Origin: Laetmonice hystrix
Lineage: Eukaryota
Assembly (NCBI GenBank): GCA_965235115.1
Contig: OZ249436.1
Span: 42,162,001-42,226,000, forward strand
Reading direction: 5' to 3'
Length of the DNA: 64,000 nucleotides
The notes under the pieces were generated by a model. It saw only the letters and a list, made by a program, of their open reading frames with translations, was not told the origin of the DNA and ran no database searches. Both the position numbers and the translations under genes were made by a program. Every line of letters begins with the position of its first letter. The first letter of the stretch is position 1. Below, one piece after another: positions 58,601 through 64,000 of this stretch.

Positions 58601-59521
58601 CATTATAAAAAAGACTGAGAAGCTAGAAAACGCAGAACTCATATTTAGTATTAATTTCCCTTTGAATTCTTTAGACTTCATTCAAAAGACTGCGTTTGTA
58701 ATAAGATGTAAAGTGTTTGAGATATCGGTTGATATAATGATATCTTGGCGTTTTTAGGATGGTCTCAATTTGAAGCATGATTTGAAGTCCAAGCATGATT
58801 GTGACTCATTGTATCATCCAACTCCCACTGAGAATTTCCAACATCACATGCACTCCTCGTGATTCTTGTTTACAATCCTCAAATAACTTAAGTAAACATT
58901 ATAATAATATGTTACTGGTTCAGGTGTCCTGGCATTCGGCCTCATTACGTGTTGGGAGTGCATTACAAATAAATCACCTGTAAGCTCATTACTATGGTTG
59001 TGAGGGCTTCTTGTTAATGAGCGCTGCCATTACGATCCCAAAATGGCAACCTAGCCCGCCGCACACTGTCACGATCTTAGCCGAGCCGACGTCGGGAACC
59101 TGTCGGGAGTTGCCTCACGACTGCAGTCGGGCAAAATCGTAGCCGATTCAAAATGTTAATCGGGAGCCGCACCATTCAGCTGCCATCGGCAGCCGCAACC
59201 TATCACAGCACGCCGCAGGATCACGTGGCACGTCATTACGTTGGTCGTCTATCCAAGATGTCGTGAAGGTGTGCGAGGGCAGTCGCGAGTCGGCTCATAT
59301 CGGGTCGGATCGTGTCGCCCAAAATCGTGACAGTGTGCGGCGGGCTTAAGGCCCCTTAGGATATCTCTAAGTTATGTAATTTGAAACAGGTCATCCATCA
59401 TGTAAGTAATAAATGCGGTTCACAGAGATCTATGATACAACCGGCACCAACCTGTGATTCCGACGAGGGTTGAAGCCAGGACCAGAAGGGTAGTGATCCA
59501 CGACTGACACACTGTCCCCAT
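28473..59521 (-). CDS. Spitz/Keren/TGF-alpha-like transmembrane EGFR-ligand precursor, 6 coding exons, 205 aa
   Basis: join(complement) 59452-59521, 40981-41167, 39964-40016, 32227-32332, 30724-30793, 28473-28604 = 618 nt, phases 1/2/1/2/0 consistent. Signal peptide, T/P stalk, one EGF domain C-x9-C-x5-C-x12-C-x-C-x8-C, TM, basic stop-transfer RLRRSR, short tail. Confidence 0.85.
30724..30793 (-). CDS. EGF-ligand juxtamembrane exon (LRRSRQGQNRNDEETRELNQNGK)
   Basis: Acceptor TTGTTGTATAG phase 2, donor AAG|GTAAGG phase 0. Confidence 0.72.
32227..32332 (-). CDS. EGF-ligand transmembrane exon (ESRQANMRMANMAAGVALVTVVLFAVLLAVYVWV)
   Basis: Acceptor TCTTTTTCAG phase 1, donor AG|GTATGT phase 2; hydrophobic stretch over 20 residues. 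Confidence 0.85.
36126..36351. repeat. Tandem repeat, 58-bp unit, ~4 copies
   Basis: Unit ACTTACAGGCCTACGTCAAGCAATGACGTTTAACGTTGAGATTCTTTGAAAATCTTTT at 36181, 36239, 36297, plus a shortened first copy. Confidence 0.93.
38158..38306. mobile_element. Short MITE with CAGTGGCGGATCCAGG-type termini
   Basis: CAGGGCGAATCCAGG ... CCTGGATCCGCCACTG; same terminal type as the element at 60756. Confidence 0.55.
39964..40016 (-). CDS. EGF-ligand exon: EGF Cys5-Cys6 (CSEMYTGTQCQYVFIPP)
   Basis: Acceptor TATTTCTAG phase 2, donor T|GTGAGT phase 1. Confidence 0.88.
40981..41167 (-). CDS. EGF-ligand exon: N-terminal Cys, T/P stalk and EGF Cys1-Cys4
   Basis: GCYRRAAQAITTPAPTP...ECTPEEFEQARCLHGGTCFVTIINNVRREAC; donor AG|GTAGGC phase 2. 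Confidence 0.9.
42050..45400 (-). mobile_element. Heavily decayed Gypsy-like LTR retrotransposon pol remnant
   Basis: Degenerate motifs in Gypsy order on minus strand: SHLDRRHQIQQLLL..QPG (pre-RT linker, ~45200), SNHDPMAYF (RNase H TDHxPL-like, ~43610), SHLGIK (integrase HHCC-like, ~43295), GKFKQHWEG (GPY/F-like, ~42265); many stops; no LTRs seen. Confidence 0.45.
47925..48023. promoter_or_regulatory. Intronic motif cluster: NF-kB GGGAATTCCC, two CRE TGACGTCA, CCAAT
   Basis: GGGAATTCCC 47925-47934, TGACGTCA 47971-47978 and 48016-48023, CCAAT 47995-47999. Confidence 0.45.
49440..49760 (-). promoter_or_regulatory. GC/CpG-rich island with GC boxes; candidate alternative promoter and first exon of the EGF-ligand gene
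   Basis: Sharp GC/CpG peak with GGGGCGGG boxes; ATG at 49552 (GACATGG) followed by phase-1 donor G|GTATGC at 49509. Confidence 0.5.
51110..51276. mobile_element. MITE, PIF/Harbinger-like
   Basis: GTGCGTTCCACTAA ... TTAGTGGAACGCAC perfect 14-bp TIR; internal AAAGACGTCTTT palindromes. Confidence 0.75.
52171..52863. repeat. Minisatellite, 52-bp unit, ~13 copies
   Basis: Unit CAGGTGGGTGACAGGGACCTGTCACCTTGTCCCGGTACAAGAGGCCCACAAC (e.g. 52221, 52273). Confidence 0.95.
54050..54120 (-). mobile_element. Probable SINE core fragment
   Basis: GACCAGAATACCCACAGAAAAGCACCGACCTG...AACTAAGAAACTTTCTCAC resembles, from recall only, the reverse of invertebrate tRNA-SINE cores; no full element. Confidence 0.35.
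55986..58115. repeat. ~2.1-kb satellite, 20-bp unit TTTGGTCATGTCACCTACCG with higher-order blocks
   Basis: About 100 variant units; unique lead GACCTGGGCAGGTGATC recurs at 55986 and 56426 (440-bp duplication). Confidence 0.97.
59053..59346. mobile_element. MITE, PIF/Harbinger-like, 23-bp perfect TIR
   Basis: AGCCCGCCGCACACTGTCACGAT ... ATCGTGACAGTGTGCGGCGGGCT|TAA. Confidence 0.85.
59452..59521 (-). CDS. EGF-ligand signal-peptide exon (MGTVCQSWITTLLVLASTLVGIT)
   Basis: Strong Kozak ACGATGG, hydrophobic core, donor G|GTTGGT phase 1; exon acceptor TTTTTTTCCTGTCTTACAG at 59791-59792; weaker in-frame ATG at 59572. Confidence 0.72.
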
Positions 59522-60339
59522 CGTGCTAGTGATTAACTGGTTCAATGTTCTAGGTCCTTCACGACTGCACATGGAGCCTTCTTCCTGGATGACTGTGGGC
59601 CAAGGTCTGTGGTAACGGGTGAGACTTCTGTCAGGACACGAGTCACTGCAGTTCCTCCTGCGTCACTATGGAATGATATTTGTCACTGTACAATAATGAT
59701 CTGTCACTGTAGAATGCCCCGGCTTGGCTAACCTTAAACTCCGCCTCTTGACTCCTTGGTTTGGCCGTGGTACATTGCTCCAGTTTACACCTGTAAGACA
59801 GGAAAAAAATTGGTCAGAGCTTCTTTGGGTTAATATCGCCTCACATACTATCACACCGAGTCAGGTGGAAAGTTCAAGGGAGAAAATAAAACTATAGTCG
59901 TCAATCAATCTCCGTGTCCATGACAGCTGTTGTAAACACCATCCCTGCTTGGCACCCACACCTCTTTTGACACCTGTAGTGATGGAAGAGTGTGTTCGTT
60001 TTATGTTCTCTTCACAACACTCTGTATTATCCTTTTCAGTTCAGGTGTGGCGCGAACACACCGGGTGACTTTCCTGACAACTAGTTACGAAGAACAGTAA
60101 AAAGTAAGGATATTCAGTGAATTGCCAATTTTGAGTAGTGAGTGAGTAATCACAGAGTAATGGCGGTTTTATGCCGTGTCGGCATCTAAGGCCATCTTAA
60201 CGGCGATTGCCACATTTGACCTTTAGAATAAGATAATGGCCATCTTAACACATAACATGTACATTATACAATAGGATAAGATAAAGTGTTGGCGGGAAGT
60301 TTCTGGTCATTTGACCTGGAAAATGAGGTGCGCGCGCAG

Positions 60340-60690
60340 AGAGTTTATGTGCGATACGACAAGAAAACCACCGATTTCCTACAATAGGGCAGCGATTCTC
60401 CAAGATTTTTCACGACACGATCTTTTGTCTACGACAGGACAAGACGGGTGTTTTCACACATTACGAATTCCTACCACACGACAAGAAAAACTGTCGTGCG
60501 AGAAAAATTTCTCAACATGTTGAAAACCCCACGACACGTCAAGACAGATTCGTGTCGTGTAGATTCATGTCAGCCAAACTCTCAGACTTAACGACAACCA
60601 CCGACAACACACGACAATTTGTTTTGTCTTGTCGTATCTCACATATTCTTGTCGTATCGTAAGAAAATCGTGTAGTGTGAGGCAGGCTTA
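60340..60690. mobile_element. Truncated MITE related in terminus to the 59053 element
   Basis: Right end AAAATCGTGTAGTGTGAGGCAGGCT|TAA; interior of ACGACA/TGTCGT inverted motifs; left TIR not seen. Confidence 0.5.
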
Positions 60691-60755
60691 AAGCTCGAAA
60701 TCAGGGGTGCAACTTAAATTAAGGAGGCGGATTTAAACTTAAAACAAAGAGTACT

Positions 60756-60925
60756 CAGTGGGGGATCCAGGATTTTGATACGGGGGGCACCAGGATTTTG
60801 ACAAGGGGGAGGGGGGGGGGTCACCTAATTATTTTTGACTGTACTAATGCATCTTCATCCACCAAAAAAAGAAGTAAAATCTAAGGGGGGCCCGGGCTCC
60901 TTAGGCCCCGCTGGGTCCCCCACTG
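60756..60925. mobile_element. MITE with 5-bp TSD GTACT
   Basis: GTACT|CAGTGGGGGATCCAG ... CTGGGTCCCCCACTG|GTACT. Confidence 0.82.
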
Positions 60926-61185
60926 GTACTGGAAGGCTTTAAAACAAAGAGTACTAGAAAAGGCTTTAAAACAAAGAGTACCGGGAAAGGCTTCGGAGGT
61001 AATCTCACCAGTCTTCTGGTAACATATCGCAGATATTATAGAGGGCCTTGTTACTGTTAAACCTCAGACTCCGGTGGGGGAGGAGGGCGAGAGGAGTATC
61101 GAGTCTCATCACGCCATCGACGTTCACCTTAATTACAGGTGTGACTTCCCCATCAATACTCACCCGGTTAACTCCCTCAAAGGGA

Positions 61186-61370
61186 AACTTCAATAATGGC
61201 CGATCGCCATTCATACCCGGGTAACTTCAATAATGGCCGATCGCCATTCATACCCGGGTAACTTCAATAATGGCCGATCGCCATTCATACCCGGGTAACT
61301 TCAATAATGGCCGATCGCCATTCATACCCGGGTAACTTCAAAAATGGCCGATCGCCATTCATACCCGGGT
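61186..61370. repeat. Tandem repeat, 37-bp unit AACTTCAATAATGGCCGATCGCCATTCATACCCGGGT, 5 copies
   Basis: Near-identical copies starting 61186, 61223, ...; no spacers. Confidence 0.95.
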
Positions 61371-64000
61371 ATTCCTGGCGCAAGCATGGCGGACGATTAA
61401 CAAACTGCTTCTGGGATATTTCATTGCATCAGCCAGGACCAGGAATGCCTGCATGGCGCCAACTGGCTGATGAATGACGAATCAAAGTTTCCCATACAAG
61501 GCACGATTAAGCGTTTACTTCGACTTTCGAAATCCGTTCATACAGACATGAATACCAATGGAGCACCGAGTTTGAAAATTTCTATGAACTTCCTGAAGTT
61601 TGACGACACCGCTATGCCCAAGAGACCATGCCATATGGCATAGAGAAACAAACCCATTGCTATTACCCTGTATATATGGGGCTGTAATTCCCGGGGGGGG
61701 GGGGGGCTGGAGGACTTAAGCCCCACCCCCACCCCAATATTTTCAGTGGTGCCTAATATTTCGTCTATTTTACTACGGAGAACCTTAGACTCCCTTCGTC
61801 TACCCCCTCAATAATTCAATGGAAATTATCTAGCCCCCTCAATAATCTGATGGAAATTACAGACCTGATATGGATCATTGATACATTAAATGACACCAGG
61901 CAATCCTTCCTGACGATCAGACCCCCAGGTACGCCTACATAATTATTTCCGAGCCAACGACCACGTCTCTATATCATATAATACGAATGGACCTGGCGCC
62001 GTCTGTTATCAAATTACTTTAATACCTCCAATGAGCCTAACTCTACGGTGTATGTACACGAGCCACCGTAAAGTATACAAAGACAGGCCAGAACTGATCT
62101 GTTTTCAGAGAGGCACGGCTATCGTCTGCGGTTTGACACCGACATAGCAGTCCACCTCAGGACGGCACGTCTTCTGAACCAAACACATCAACAAACAGAC
62201 GACGCGGCTGCGCGTCAGTGGATCAGACACCCCGCAGACGTACCGCTCGCATTAACATTAACCTGTCGTCACATTAATGGTCCACACAGACTTTTTTCAC
62301 AAAATCTGCACTACATTTAACAATGATCTTCTTTTAATGTATTTTGACTTATTCTAGTTCTGTGTTATGCTGTCATGTTCATAAATTTAAGAAGTATTTT
62401 CTTTTTCGATAGAACCCCCAGGTAAGGGAATATGATGGCTCAAACACGACACATAGCCAAAATTGTAGGACTCCTAACATATTGTTATCTTTCGTGCTTT
62501 CCATTCTAAAACATAAATATGTTTTTGCCATAGGCCTATATAATCTGCATACTTTGAAACATCGACGAGAATACTCAGTAGAGAAACATACCACAAAAAC
62601 AATGTCGGCCTAACAGGCCTGGTAGTGGTCTATGTGAGTATTTCTTGGCAGACCGCCCGAAGTGGTGAAAGGTATACTACATACCTTCTCCATTGAGACG
62701 ACTATGTTTCTATACAGCACCGAGTCAACAAAAGCAAGTAGCTGATAGGACGAGTATAGGCGTCATCTTTTTTTAGTGATTCCATACAGACTTTTAGCCT
62801 CCTTCCATCTGTCATCTATACATTATTTCTACTGTATATATACAATACAATCATGCAAGTATATATTCTATAGCCTAAATGCAGCTCAATTACTAGACCC
62901 CTATGCAGTATGTTTTGCAGAAGATCTGAACAATTGTCACTATCACGTGACCTTACTACGACTTAAAAGAAAATCACGATTAGATATACTGATATTATTA
63001 ATTGTATTAATCACACTCCTGAAGCCTTCGGTCCGACACGGCATAGTTATCGGATACATTGGCCCAGTGCCCTAGTCTCAATGGTATTTAGCACGTATAC
63101 ATGATCGTGCATGTATACGATATATTCCAGTGTATAAGATATGGATAGTCTATGTATGTCAGGAACATACGTCAGATACAACAATCCCAAATCCTGGCGT
63201 GCTAAACCTCCCAACATGTGCTCTACATTTTGTATATCCCTTTGACTTAATCCCCACGCCCTCCCGAACTTCAGACTTACCATGCAACCAGTCGACATTT
63301 TCACAGCCGAATTAGTACGGTTTGTCATCGCTGAGGCAGTGGTCCATCCCATTCATGGCTTTAATATATCACTGATAATGAATTAGACCCACAATCGTTT
63401 ATCCTCTCACACTTTAAAGGCAATCCCCCTCAGGTCGTCCTGTCCCATTGTAAAGCATGTGTGACCTACCTTTAAAATGTAGGTCTCCATGTCCTTAGAT
63501 GGTACACTCCTCTAAAAGCAAGCAGCGAGGGGTACAGACCAACATTATAGAGCGTGTCGGAAATAATGCGGAAATATGCCTACACTGCGACAGAGCCCTG
63601 CTTAAAAAAATAAAGTTACGTCTATGCCTGGACGACACCGATTTTCCGCAGGTATTGTTATAAATAATGTTATAATTGTAACCAGGTGGTCTGATGAGGT
63701 TAATGAGGGCATCAGGTATGACTCTGCAGGTCAGGATCAAACGGACGAGGCCAGGCAGACACACTGACCTTTCTACATGTCTGCTGAATGTGTGGATCCT
63801 GCCCGATGTGGTTGGTTGTCCCAGCACAGACCTGGTTGTCCCAGCACAGACTCGAATGAGTCAGGTTGGCCAAGCCGACAGACCCTGAATGAATGATTAT
63901 TAAGTCCGGCTCTCCCAGCACAAACTCAATGAATGATAACCTAAGTCAGGTTCTAGCCCAAACACCTTGAATAATAAGTCAGGTTCTAGCCCAAAAACCT

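Noticed and set aside
61186..61370. 37-bp hairpin-containing repeat of CRISPR-repeat length
   Set aside because: Head-to-tail copies without spacers; ordinary minisatellite.
61160..63290. Strong minus-strand donors (GTGAGT ~61163, GTAAGT ~63280) as upstream UTR exons of the EGF-ligand gene
   Set aside because: Plausible, since the 59790 exon has an acceptor, but sequence alone cannot select or delimit the exon.

Overview
Eukaryotic genomic DNA from an intron-rich, AT-rich invertebrate animal; not prokaryotic. Three spliced genes were reconstructed by hand with consistent splice phases. (1) Adenosine kinase (ADK): minus strand, 11 coding exons, 2132..19352, 362 aa. (2) A 4-exon plus-strand gene nested antisense in the last ADK intron (5048..8597, 813 aa). 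It encodes a Mab-21/cGAS-like (cGLR-type) nucleotidyltransferase fold with degenerate catalytic motifs, followed by TPR-like repeats and two UIM-like motifs. It has a GC-AG intron and upstream IRF and NF-kB motifs. (3) A 6-exon minus-strand Spitz/Keren/TGF-alpha-like transmembrane EGFR-ligand precursor (28473..59521, 205 aa), almost invisible in the ORF track. It has the diagnostic intron between EGF Cys4 and Cys5, an N-terminal Cys, a rhomboid-type TM start and an atypical GTQC in place of GxRC. The rest is introns and UTRs with many MITEs, a LINE 3' fragment, a decayed Gypsy pol remnant, SINE scraps and several tandem repeats. No rRNA, tRNA or CRISPR was found. All gene models are manual and unverified by expression data or database searches.
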